Of a stretch of 64,000 nt of DNA, positions 51,375 to 61,225 are shown piece after piece. The DNA comes from Diadema antillarum (Eukaryota). The DNA lies in assembly GCF_040938485.1 (NCBI RefSeq), contig NW_027271621.1, positions 434,001 to 498,000 on the forward strand, given 5' to 3'. Under the pieces are notes generated by a model. That model saw nothing but the letters and a program-made list of their open reading frames with translations. It made no database searches and was not told the DNA's origin. The position numbers and the translations under genes were made by a program. The first letter of the stretch is position 1, and each line of letters begins with the position of its first letter.

Positions 51375-54300
51375 TTAGTAGTCGGCTACATCACTATCTC
51401 CACACGAGTCACTGACACTATCAGTACATGAGGCATCAATGTATGAGTCACTGTCACTATCAGAATCACTCTCTGCACCATTGCTGCTCTCATCACTGTT
51501 GCTCTCTGTGTTTTCCTTGGGTGGTTCCGACATGGACAAGGGAAGTGGGGGTTCTGTTGATCGTACAGGTAGACACAGTCCGTTTACCAGATGCCATCCA
51601 TGTCCTATCGGTGATGGGTGACTTTGCATCTGAAAATGCTTAAGCAAATATGCAAGATAGTTTGCACGAAGCAGGTGCTGATACAAACTGTCTGAGTCAG
51701 GCATTAATCGCATGGTGCTCTTCTTCTTCTGGGCCCTCCACTTTGCAGCCCGGGCTTCTCCTGGTGTCTTGCTTCTGGAATTACCATAGACGTAGCGAAT
51801 GACGAACTGTTCTAAATCGCTGATGACATCCTGTGGGGCTGGAAGCTGGGTGCCACATTTTGCAAGCAGACTATGGGCCTCTTTCGAAGTGACCAAGCGT
51901 CCTACAATCCGCAATTTACTTGCTCCGAAAAAAGCAGAGTTATGGTCACATCCACTAATGACATGTATTGCAATGATGGATTGGGACATTGCTTCACTGC
52001 ACAGACGTTTGGCATCAATCAGATGATGTTTGCGTTTCAAGCACAAGTTCCCTGACGTCCTATGAGCAACATATGCTGCTTGGACATAGTTGTCAGTGTC
52101 TTCTGTGTCAAGTATAACTGCTGCTTTGTAGCCATCTGACCGAAGTGCACTATACATCGTGAACATGGCAGTGTCTGCTTCAGCTATGAAGCATAGGAGT
52201 TCAGGCAAATCCTCACCCGTAGTGAGATTCCGTGCATAACTGCCGACTACACAATAGATAATCTCGGTCCCTGTTGTTAACGCCACTTTCTGGAGTTCCT
52301 TTTGAAGAAATGCCTGTAGGCGGATCTTGTTAGCAGGCTTACCTAGCAGGGCATGGAAATCCTTGCTAGAGGGAAACTTGTCCTCTGCCTTCATGAAGAC
52401 ATTCTTTGTTGGCATCTGTTTCTGTCGAAGTGTCCTTTCACTGTCTTTAATGTTGTAGTCCTGGTCGTAGGAATCATTTACGCAAATGATCCTCTCCGCA
52501 TTTCGGTGCCTACTCTTGATAGTGTTCACCACTTTCTGTGCATAGTCGCCCCAGGTATACTGGCTTCCGTCCCTCTTCTCCCTGTCCTCAATGGTCGGGA
52601 CTGCAAGACGCCACATGAGACCCATGTCAATAAGGGATGTATACACCTCAGGTTCTGGAGTCTCATCCATGGTCAGTTTTTGTAGAAGTTTGCTTTTCTG
52701 TGACTTGCGGAATGTTCCGTTTGCATTGAAGATAGAAAGGCACTCAGGCGTGACACGATGCTGCAAGATATCTTCAAGTTGTAGTGTCCCACTGCTGTCA
52801 ACTAGTCCAACAACTGACGCCATGGCATCGCGCTCCATTCCCTCCGCCTTACCCTTCAAATTGTCGGCTACTCCTCTTTTCACTTCTTGACTGGAAAAGT
52901 TCTTTCGCTTACTCCGATGAACTCTGTCATTCAAAGTCTTGGTTTTCGAGTATACCCTCTCATCCATGAACTCCTTCACTTTTCTCCTACCATCCGTCTT
53001 GGCTGATGCCAGATCTACAGCAAGGGAATCGGAGGCTGGGATTCCTGACTGAAGGGACCGCAGTGTCTGGTTAGCATGGTCAAACGGGTCACACTCAAAT
53101 TCATTGAGACACGAACTAATATCCTGCACCGCTTGTTCATCCTTCCTTCTTTTGCTAGATGAGCAATCTGCATGCTCTGCTTTCCTATGCTTCTTGCGAT
53201 TAGCATGATGATGAACAGCTCGTCTCACTCGATTGATGTTATTCACGTTGCGTGTATTTGATAGGAGTTGTTTCTCATTGTTCAGGATGGCCAGCCAACC
53301 AGACTTCAGCTTGGAGCCCTTGTTCATAGTTGACTCAATCCATATGTCCAGAGCGACACACGAATACGGATTTCCTGTCATGGACTGAGCAAACAAACCA
53401 TCTTCCATGAATGCAGCCTGTTTCTCAGGAAGGGTATCAAGAACTGCAATGAAATCTGGAAGATGCCGACCATACTTGTCATTGTCGTAGATTTGCATCC
53501 ATGGAAGCATCAGTTTGAGCGAAGATTTGTACTCATTCCAGTTGCTTGTTCTGAGTGCGTGGATATTTTGGGTCAGAATTTCCACCATTTCCATGAAGGA
53601 TAACCAGTATTCTGCCAAGGGGGCACCATCGAAATCCCTGAACAGTGTCTCGATAAGGTCTTTTACCTCTGCATTGTGCTCTAACCCTGTGTGTACATCC
53701 GCAAGTCCTTGAGCATCAATCTCATGTCTGAGTTTGGCAAGAGATGACTTCACCTCTTCGGATAGAGGTGAACCTTCCAAACGCTTGTCTAGGGCATGAT
53801 GAACCAGAGTCTCGTAGAACAGGCGAAGACAGCGAACCCCACGCTTGAAGTGTTTTCCACGGAGGGCTTGATCAACCGATCCGTCTGCAATAACACCTGC
53901 AGCTACCAACACATCTGAGAGACCCGATCCATGGAACCTTTTGTATATCGTGTACATGAATGACATCTGAATATGAAAGGCACCCATGAATGGTAAGATT
54001 TTGCTGAACTGTTGTGGTTTTTCACTTTTCAGCTCTAGCATGAGCACGTAGACAGGATGGTCACCAACGATAATTGCGAAAGGCATCCTTTTCTCTTCGA
54101 TTGCCTTTGCGAGCTTACATAGAACATCATTGAGAACAGTCTTACTGGGTGGATCGGGATAGGTCATGTGGTATATAGCTCGACTCTTCTCGTCAGCATT
54201 TGACATTCTTGCCTGGAAACCGGAAAACCCTGGTACAGTCTGTTCCTCCGGTTTAGGACGTGTTCGGTCATCCTGAGCTCTAGCCAACGCATGGATCACA

Positions 54301-56012
54301 CCACGAGTTCTTTGCATGGATGTGTCTTGAGGAGGGCTGTCATCTGTGGCTCGTTCTCGAATAGGCGGTTCCCCACGCTTAACTGTCTTGTACGGCTTGA
54401 CGTGCTGCATTTTGCCTCCAATCTCTTTGAGAGATGTTGATAGGAACTGAGGTGTTAAGTTTGTCCTCTCCTCCTGATTTTCGGAGGGTTCATCAAAAGT
54501 GTCTGGCTGCACGAACATGACGTTAGTTCGATGCGCCTGGCCAGCACCAGTCAACGTGTCACTCTTAAAGTCATCATTGTCGACTACAGCAATTGCAGGC
54601 TTCCCAAAGGCAAGTTCGGAGGGACAGTTAAGGGAACCCTTGAGGTCACTGAACACCCAGAAATCTCGCAACATCAGAACGTCATTGTAGCTGATGCCTA
54701 TGCCATCTTTGTGCAGGAGGTCAATGATCTCTCTACTTTTGGTTAGTCCATGCAGCAAGACAGAGAGATTCACCTCAAAGGCAGTGCGCATTCCCGTGAT
54801 GTAGCTTGTGAGGATCGACCCAATTGAACGGACAGCTGAATTGTCGTCAACTTCTGACCTATTTGGGTGTTTTAGCCATGTTATCAGCTTCAAGAGGAGC
54901 TCATTGAGGTCCTCTTCTCTCTCCAACTCTGATACATTTGGAGGCCAGGGAACAGTATTTGTCGCTTCAACTTGCTCTCTTAGTCGTACTGCAACATTCT
55001 TCACCAACTGGTCATCGCTTATACCCAGCGAAGATAGTGCTGCTTCTACGTATGAATCAGCCGCTCTTCTATCAAATACCATTTCACTCACATTTTGCTG
55101 ACTGCTTTTATGAAACCCGATGTCTTCCTCAAATTCCTTTAAAAGAATCTCCTTCACGTAGCTCGACTTTACCTTGGCTTCATGTCCATGATTTGAGATA
55201 ATTCGTTGGTAGTCCTGCAGTAGACTCTGCACTGTCCGAAATTCATGGTTCTCGAAGATCACCTGACGAACGTGATTGAAGAAGATGGCTTGTGCTTCTC
55301 GTAGATTAACATTCTGCAGGTGTTGAGTAACTTCATCTGAAAGAGGCTTGGCATGGGAAATGTAGTCACGCCAGCAGCCCCGGTGGTAGCGGATTTCCCA
55401 GCCGAAAGCTGTTTCACAGTCCGGAATTGATGCAATCAGTGTATTGAGCCTCGACCTCAGGACCGGATCTTCCACATGTACAGTGTGTAACTTGAATTTT
55501 TTCCAGGCGTCCTTCGTTGATAGGAGGAGCAACTGCCCCCAGTCACGATGACTACTTTTGTAGGGACCTCTATTGCACCACACGCATACGTTTTTGTCGT
55601 GCACAATACCTACACTTGACCGGAGCTTCTTGGGAGAAAAGGGGCTGGTGGCTGGAGATGGATCCTTCTCACCTGATTGGTTACCTCCTTCAAGATCTTT
55701 GTCTAGTTTGCGTTTTCGTTTTTCTGCTTGAGAAAGACAGCGCTGGCTAGATAAACTTGTGTAACAAGCGCTGTGCATGTAATAACCTTCTGGCCCATTC
55801 TCCCAGTCCACATTTTCATGTACGTTTTGAAAACGATCGAGTTCTTTCCATCGTAAAGACTTTTCCTGAATGGAATCCCATTTTTGGTCAGTGATATTAT
55901 CCAAACAGTCACTTTTGGTACATGGTTGACCGCAACATAGAATGCATGCATGTTCGTAAGACGTTGATGACAATTCATCGCTGCCACTCCTTTCGGGATT
56001 CATTTTATCCAT
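51375..56012 (-). CDS. Academ transposase, 1545 aa (N-terminal Cys/His modules, DDE core, XPG/FEN1-like nuclease domain, acidic tail)
   Basis: Uninterrupted 4.6-kb ORF; first ATG at 56012 (the ORF track start at 56015 is GTG). Motifs: CxxC...MHxxC and CxxC...YHxxC; AVVDNDDF; IIVGDHPVY; MGAFHIQM; RGKHFKRG; LDIWIE; nuclease motifs EADT, DTEDTD and SGCD. Confidence 0.92.
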   Translation of the reverse strand: MDKMNPERSGSDELSSTSYEHACILCCGQPCTKSDCLDNITDQKWDSIQEKSLRWKELDRFQNVHENVDWENGPEGYYMHSACYTSLSSQRCLSQAEKRKRKLDKDLEGGNQSGEKDPSPATSPFSPKKLRSSVGIVHDKNVCVWCNRGPYKSSHRDWGQLLLLSTKDAWKKFKLHTVHVEDPVLRSRLNTLIASIPDCETAFGWEIRYHRGCWRDYISHAKPLSDEVTQHLQNVNLREAQAIFFNHVRQVIFENHEFRTVQSLLQDYQRIISNHGHEAKVKSSYVKEILLKEFEEDIGFHKSSQQNVSEMVFDRRAADSYVEAALSSLGISDDQLVKNVAVRLREQVEATNTVPWPPNVSELEREEDLNELLLKLITWLKHPNRSEVDDNSAVRSIGSILTSYITGMRTAFEVNLSVLLHGLTKSREIIDLLHKDGIGISYNDVLMLRDFWVFSDLKGSLNCPSELAFGKPAIAVVDNDDFKSDTLTGAGQAHRTNVMFVQPDTFDEPSENQEERTNLTPQFLSTSLKEIGGKMQHVKPYKTVKRGEPPIRERATDDSPPQDTSMQRTRGVIHALARAQDDRTRPKPEEQTVPGFSGFQARMSNADEKSRAIYHMTYPDPPSKTVLNDVLCKLAKAIEEKRMPFAIIVGDHPVYVLMLELKSEKPQQFSKILPFMGAFHIQMSFMYTIYKRFHGSGLSDVLVAAGVIADGSVDQALRGKHFKRGVRCLRLFYETLVHHALDKRLEGSPLSEEVKSSLAKLRHEIDAQGLADVHTGLEHNAEVKDLIETLFRDFDGAPLAEYWLSFMEMVEILTQNIHALRTSNWNEYKSSLKLMLPWMQIYDNDKYGRHLPDFIAVLDTLPEKQAAFMEDGLFAQSMTGNPYSCVALDIWIESTMNKGSKLKSGWLAILNNEKQLLSNTRNVNNINRVRRAVHHHANRKKHRKAEHADCSSSKRRKDEQAVQDISSCLNEFECDPFDHANQTLRSLQSGIPASDSLAVDLASAKTDGRRKVKEFMDERVYSKTKTLNDRVHRSKRKNFSSQEVKRGVADNLKGKAEGMERDAMASVVGLVDSSGTLQLEDILQHRVTPECLSIFNANGTFRKSQKSKLLQKLTMDETPEPEVYTSLIDMGLMWRLAVPTIEDREKRDGSQYTWGDYAQKVVNTIKSRHRNAERIICVNDSYDQDYNIKDSERTLRQKQMPTKNVFMKAEDKFPSSKDFHALLGKPANKIRLQAFLQKELQKVALTTGTEIIYCVVGSYARNLTTGEDLPELLCFIAEADTAMFTMYSALRSDGYKAAVILDTEDTDNYVQAAYVAHRTSGNLCLKRKHHLIDAKRLCSEAMSQSIIAIHVISGCDHNSAFFGASKLRIVGRLVTSKEAHSLLAKCGTQLPAPQDVISDLEQFVIRYVYGNSRSKTPGEARAAKWRAQKKKSTMRLMPDSDSLYQHLLRANYLAYLLKHFQMQSHPSPIGHGWHLVNGLCLPVRSTEPPLPLSMSEPPKENTESNSDESSNGAESDSDSDSDSYIDASCTDSVSDSCGDSDVADY

Positions 56013-56543
56013 CACTTTTCATGTCAGTGGTTTTCATCAGGATGAGTCTGACAATGAAAACCAATGCATCATATTTTAGGGAACAGGAGTGTAAAATATT
56101 CAAAGTAAAAGGAATAACCTTGTCATGACACTACTTTAATAAAATTCATAGATATCTTCATACCACCAGCTTTGTCTCTTCTTTTGTTTTTTTCTTTTGG
56201 TGAAAGTTTGCAAAAAACATCAAACAATAAAAAGACAATTTTTCAAAGTTATATAACTTACACGTGTAACTTAATTTGAACATGACCATCCATGATGAAA
56301 ATTATGTAAAGTTTATGTCATCATTGGATTTCAAATGACATTCATTGTGAGCAATGTATTGCCCTCAACCACGCTCAGGTTAGCATTTTTTGCCAAAATA
56401 TGTCAAAAATGTGAATATGCCTCAATATGGTAGTGCCCAGATACCCCTCCCCCACCATGTTTTTAATTTTCTTCTTTGATTATCAAGACAATACAATTCT
56501 GCTTCCAATGAGCCCTCAACCACACTCAGATGTTCATTCTTAA

Positions 56544-57111
56544 CGGGGATGGCTAGTAACTGATCACTGGGAATCAATGGGAATGCTGGGGAATGATTGT
56601 TCCAATCCTTGTGGGATTCATTTAAGAGTACCAGGTACATTATATATCTATTATTATGTGAAAATTATTTGAAGAGTGTGTTTGCAAAAACCGATACTTA
56701 GTAAGTCCATTTTTGAAGATTTTTAAGTACGGTCACTACATATAAAGGTACATTTTCTAAGTTATGGCCAAAAGAAGTGAAAATTTTCTTATTATTCTCT
56801 TTATTTTTCTTGACCTCTAATCGCAAATATCTCCACATGGCAAATATGGACTTATCGGTTTTTGCGAACAAACTCTTCATTTGCATCAGAATGGTATCAT
56901 ATTCAAGTAATGTGCAATTTAATGTTTCCAGGTTAGCACGCCTACACAGTGACAGGGCATTCACCTGCACATTACTTGAATATGAGACGGTTCTGAAGCA
57001 AATAGGCCTATTTTTTTCACACAACAATAGACAATGTACTCTTAGATGAATCCCACAAGAATTGGAACAATCATCCCCCAGCATGCACTGATCAGTTACT
57101 AGCCATAACCT
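56544..57111. mobile_element. TTAA-flanked hairpin MITE (same family as 29718-30064) nested in Academ
   Basis: TTAA at 56540-56543 and 57112-57115. Arms GGCTAGTAACTGATCA... and ...TGATCAGTTACTAGCC match the 29718 element; interrupted by the insertion at 56671. Confidence 0.85.
56671..56878. mobile_element. 208-bp MITE with ATTT 4-bp TSD (Sola1-like by TSD rule) nested inside the MITE above
   Basis: TIRs GAAGAGTGTGTTTGCAAAAACCGATA / TATCGGTTTTTGCGAACAAACTCTTC. ATTT is duplicated on both sides and corresponds to the single ATTT in the uninterrupted copy (gaaaatgATTTgcttcag). Confidence 0.8.
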
Positions 57112-58774
57112 TTAACAAAGTTATTTATTCGTTCCCATACTTGCCAATCTGGGCGCACTGTGTATTGGTATACGTTGGTGTGGCATTATGCGTCCCTGCA
57201 AAATTATCGGTAGGAACAGGCTACTCTGTAGCAACACTGCAGTGGGCGCGGGACCATTGACTCTGTTCACAGTCACAGGTTGTACCGTCTACTGTCATTA
57301 CTGTGACAAGCTGCTTTGGCAATTTGCTAAATTGGCCTGAAAAAAAAAAGTAACAAGATTGAGCCCTCATAGACTAGCCTTGTCTGTGAAATACCTGGCT
57401 TCCTCGGTTGAACTGGACATACAAAACTATTTTGCATCTCAGTGCACATCCAGTGCACAATGTCCCATGGTGTGCACAAAATGAAAATGAAGCAGGCCCA
57501 GGATTTTGTGGAATCCCACTAACGTTACATTTCTTGAAAAGGGTTAGGCCTTTTATTAATCACTTTCCCACATTTAATTTTCCTTATTTACTTTCTTGAA
57601 ACCATTTTAACTTTAAAACCTTATGAATACACACATCAAAAATTAATCTTGCTTGTTTAATAGGCCTACATGAACAAGATACACTCACACACAAATACAC
57701 ACACATACACAATAATCAAATTATACACACAACTTGGATTGAAGCAGGTCTTGTCCACTTTTTCTTTAATCTGGGTCTGAATATAGAGACTAACTAGTGT
57801 AGGGCGCACATTTGAAAAAAAAAACAAGGATTTTAGCGGCACTTTTCAATCAAATGAAATAAAATAAAAAGGGGTTGTATTGTATTTTCTTAACTGACTC
57901 ATTTTATCTTACAAGTAAATAATTGCTGATTCTGAAAAGTCTTCATTTGAATAGTTTTTAAGATATAGCGCAGTAGTTCAAACATTGCCAACACCAAATC
58001 ATATATGTGGGACTGAAATGTTAAAAGCAATTGTTAACTATCTGATAGAAAATAAGAAAAAAACATAATTACACAAAAAACCGGATAATTACATCATTTT
58101 TTAAAAGGTAAGTAAAGGGTGTACTTACAGATTTTGTTATTCAGAAGCTTGAAATGTCCAGAGAGTATACATTGTAATAAAATATCCCCAATAAAGGTTC
58201 ATTGTTCACAGATTCATCCATTGTTACAGCAAGGCCAGGAAACTCTTGACCAATCAGATGTGAGCACTCATGGAAATTAGGGTAATCCCCTGTTGTGCTA
58301 GTCTATGACTTCAGACAGTTTGCACATTGAGTGGCAGGGCTTTAAAAAAAGTGAATTTGGGCTGTAAAAAAAAATTCCCATCTTTTTTGGGAGGTACATA
58401 GGGGCTTATTTTCCTTCAAAATGGTTTAGAATGCCAAATCCACTGAGAAAAAAAGGTTCAGAGAGGTTGGTCACGAAACCTCCCAAAATGACTCTACTAT
58501 AAGTCAGTCCCTGTGTATGTACTAGCCATCTATACCATTGCCATAAGGATGGTAAACTTGTGTTTATGTTTACATCATGTATAACATCAAAGGGATGTGG
58601 CTGCAGCAGAATCAAAGGATGCAATATATGAAAACTAGAGCTTGTTAGCCAAGGCACCACCCTGTTTCTTTGTGAATTCAAAATCGATCATCAATAATAG
58701 ATGCACACCTACATTTCATACATGATGCATATGTTTTAAATGTAGATGCGATTTGTATATGCTATGGAATGATA

Positions 58775-58981
58775 CTGTAAAACGAGGAATGTTCGCGTGC
58801 ATTTTAATTTCGCGAATTTCGCGAGCGCCAAGATTCGCGAAATTTAAATGCACGCGGAATTTCTTATCTACACTATATGCATTGAACGCAAGGGGCAATT
58901 CGCGAAAATTTCTTGCCACGAAAAATGCCGTCGGCTCCAATTCGCGAAAATTTTGTGCCGCGAATATATCATGTTTTACAG
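58775..58981. mobile_element. TA-flanked MITE of the CTGTA/TTCGCGAA group
   Basis: TA|CTGTAAAAC ... GTTTTACAG|TA, with multiple TTCGCG motifs. Confidence 0.85.
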
Positions 58982-59017
58982 TAAGTCAGAAAACATCATC
59001 TGATTGGCTACTTACAG

Positions 59018-59171
59018 GCTTACACCAGGGGAGGGGACCAATGGGGAATGCTGTTAGAGCAGTCCTCAGAAATCTCTGTCCTCACAGCTTCCATGGAGAT
59101 GGATGCCCAGATTTTGGACTATGAAGTCATCGATGCTAATAACCTCCCATCCAGGAGCATCCTTCATGCCG
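59018..59171 (+). CDS. Unidentified plus-strand gene, internal exon (154 bp); gene continues beyond the window
   Basis: Acceptor cttacag|, donor G|gtaaga. Phase 0 continues GYLL into AYTRGGDQWGMLLEQSSEISVLTASMEMDAQILDYEVIDANNLPSRSILHA. Confidence 0.8.
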
Positions 59172-59355
59172 GTAAGAACACATCAAAAAAGTTTAAAAAA
59201 AAAAACATTTTATTTGTTTGATTTAAAATCAATATCACAGAGAATGTGGAAATGGTGTCAATTTTTCTACCTATGGTTACCGACTTTTGAGAAATATAAA
59301 AATTTAAATTGTGGTGTACAAATAAGCACATAAGGACATATGCACTATGTGTTAA

Positions 59356-59739
59356 AGGGACTGTACAGTACTGGTTGAGGTGGGGATTCATGTTTTGAAC
59401 ATTCTTAAGTGAGATAATGAGAAAACTCTTATGAAATATGAAAGGGCATGTAATTTTAAGAAGGATTCAACGCTTATTTGATGAAAATTGGTTTTGGAAT
59501 GGCTGAGATATCCAAAAAAGTGATAATAATAAAAGGCGACAGGCCACAACTTTATTAGGATCTCTTTGTTTCACCTTGTTTTTTTGATATCTCAGCCATT
59601 TCAAAACCGATTTTCATCAAATAAACTTTTGATACCCCTTAGAATTGCATGCTCTTTGACATCTCATAGAGTGGTTTCTGAATATCTCGCAGAAAGTTAA
59701 AAGCTAAATCCTCACCTCGACCAGAACTGTACACACCCT
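59356..59739 (-). mobile_element. Second copy of the 4816-5207 TTAA MITE, inverted
   Basis: TTAA|AGGGACTGTACAG ... TGTACACACCCT|TTAA; the interior is the reverse complement of 4816-5207. Confidence 0.85.
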
Positions 59740-59749
59740 TTAATGTGCT

Positions 59750-59950
59750 NNNNNNNNNNNNNNNNNNNNNNNNNNNNNNNNNNNNNNNNNNNNNNNNNNN
59801 NNNNNNNNNNNNNNNNNNNNNNNNNNNNNNNNNNNNNNNNNNNNNNNNNNNNNNNNNNNNNNNNNNNNNNNNNNNNNNNNNNNNNNNNNNNNNNNNNNNN
59901 NNNNNNNNNNNNNNNNNNNNNNNNNNNNNNNNNNNNNNNNNNNNNNNNNN
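59750..59950. other. Assembly gap (201 N)
   Basis: Run of N; any exon inside it would be invisible. Confidence 1.
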
Positions 59951-60041
59951 AAGGACTTCTGCTTCTTTTTAATCTGTTACAAGTTTTCATTACCCATCAT
60001 GTGTGTTTGAATTTTTCATTGACTATGTGGCAAAACTAATA

Positions 60042-60231
60042 CAGTGCGCTCCTGTTAATAACGAACATTGTTATAACGAAATTTCAGTTACAACAAAGTA
60101 AAAGTTCGGGTTGCAGCGTTATCCCCGCTATGTTTTTTGTATTGTTTATTTGTTCGCATATAACGAAATTTTGATATATAACGAAAGAAAACTGCCGGTC
60201 CTGAGGATTTTGTTATAATAGGAGTCCACTG
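60042..60231. mobile_element. 190-bp TA-flanked MITE with CAGTG termini (pogo/Tc1-like)
   Basis: TA|CAGTGCGCTCCTGTTAATAAC ... GTTATAATAGGAGTCCACTG|TA; repeated TATAACGAA motifs. Confidence 0.75.
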
Positions 60232-61225
60232 TATTGATAGGATGATTTCATTTTATCATGACTTACATGGAATGTGTTTGTGAGGCATGTTTTACAAGTA
60301 GCAATTATTTCCTCCTGTTGTCATGATGCAAATGAATATTGATACTTCTTTTTTTTTGTGAGGGGAGGGGAGTATTGTGACAAAAAAAAAGTGATAATAT
60401 TCACAAGCATTAGGCATTGCAGCACATTCAGCACAGGAAATGATCATGAAATTTCAATATTAACTGAAAGTGAAACAAGAATATCACGTCTCCAAAGAGG
60501 AAACTAAAATCTCTCAGGAAATGGAGACTAAGGAGATGTTCTCTTTTTTCACAATAATTTCTGTATCATTAATAGCGTAAAAGTTAGTTCAAAGTTGCTT
60601 TGGTCAAAAGTTGGTGATCTACCGTTGCAGAAAAGATTAGTTGAATTAACCTTCCTGCATGATAGTGTGTCCATTGAAGAATCAAATCATGAAAGGTCAA
60701 AGTGAAAGTTTTAGATGAGTGATTGAAGTAGACATTCTAATGTTTGTAGGATATAGGGCATGATAAGAATAGAGGCCATCAATTTTTTGTTGTTGAAAGC
60801 TTTAACATACTGGATCATTGTAAAGTTGTATTGCAGTTTGAGTTATTTTTTGCATGGTGTTATAGATAATGCATTTGATTGAACTCATTTGAGACTAGAT
60901 ACCAGCGACATGTTGTGTCATTGACTTATGTTTAATAACAGGTTTACTGAGTGACGATCTTGTACAGTTCACAGGTAACAAATCAAGAATGCTTGGCCAC
61001 CCTAGAATGCTCAGTTGTTTGTTTGTGTGCACATTTTGCAGATTCTGTGAATGTCCCTTTGCATGCACTGACTCAATAGTGACGATATTAGCATGTTTGT
61101 CACAGTGGAAATTTTTTTTGCACAATTGATTTCTCACACATCGCCAAATAAGATTTTGTGGACAGTCTAGGCCATTGAACAAGTAATTCATAGAGGGTCA
61201 CAGCTGCCATGGCAGTAATAAGCTA

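Larger units (their letters stand above)
50821..58499 (-). mobile_element. Full-length Academ (AcademX-type) DNA transposon, 7.7 kb, intronic and antisense to the host gene
   Basis: Termini TAGTAGAGTC...GACTCTACTA. ~147-bp TIRs (50821-50968 and 58352-58499; 10 mismatches in the first 120 bp). 3-bp TSD TAA on both sides. Single large ORF with Academ-type architecture. TAG termini, 3-4-bp TSDs and a ~1500-aa DDE+XPG protein are the established Academ hallmarks. Confidence 0.9.

Noticed and set aside
51428-55987. Many short ORFs overlapping the transposase on both strands
   Set aside because: Shadow ORFs expected in a long GC-balanced coding region.
50821-58499. PIF/Harbinger assignment because of the TAA target duplication
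   Set aside because: The single 1545-aa ORF with an XPG-like domain and TAG termini fits Academ. Harbinger has a ~400-aa transposase plus a Myb/SANT protein.
44792-59171. IKBKG/NEMO as the divergent neighbour, by analogy with human G6PD synteny
   Set aside because: The spliced peptide is beta-strand/WD40-like rather than coiled-coil and shows no resemblance to NEMO.
59712-60039. ORFs containing X runs
   Set aside because: They span the assembly gap.
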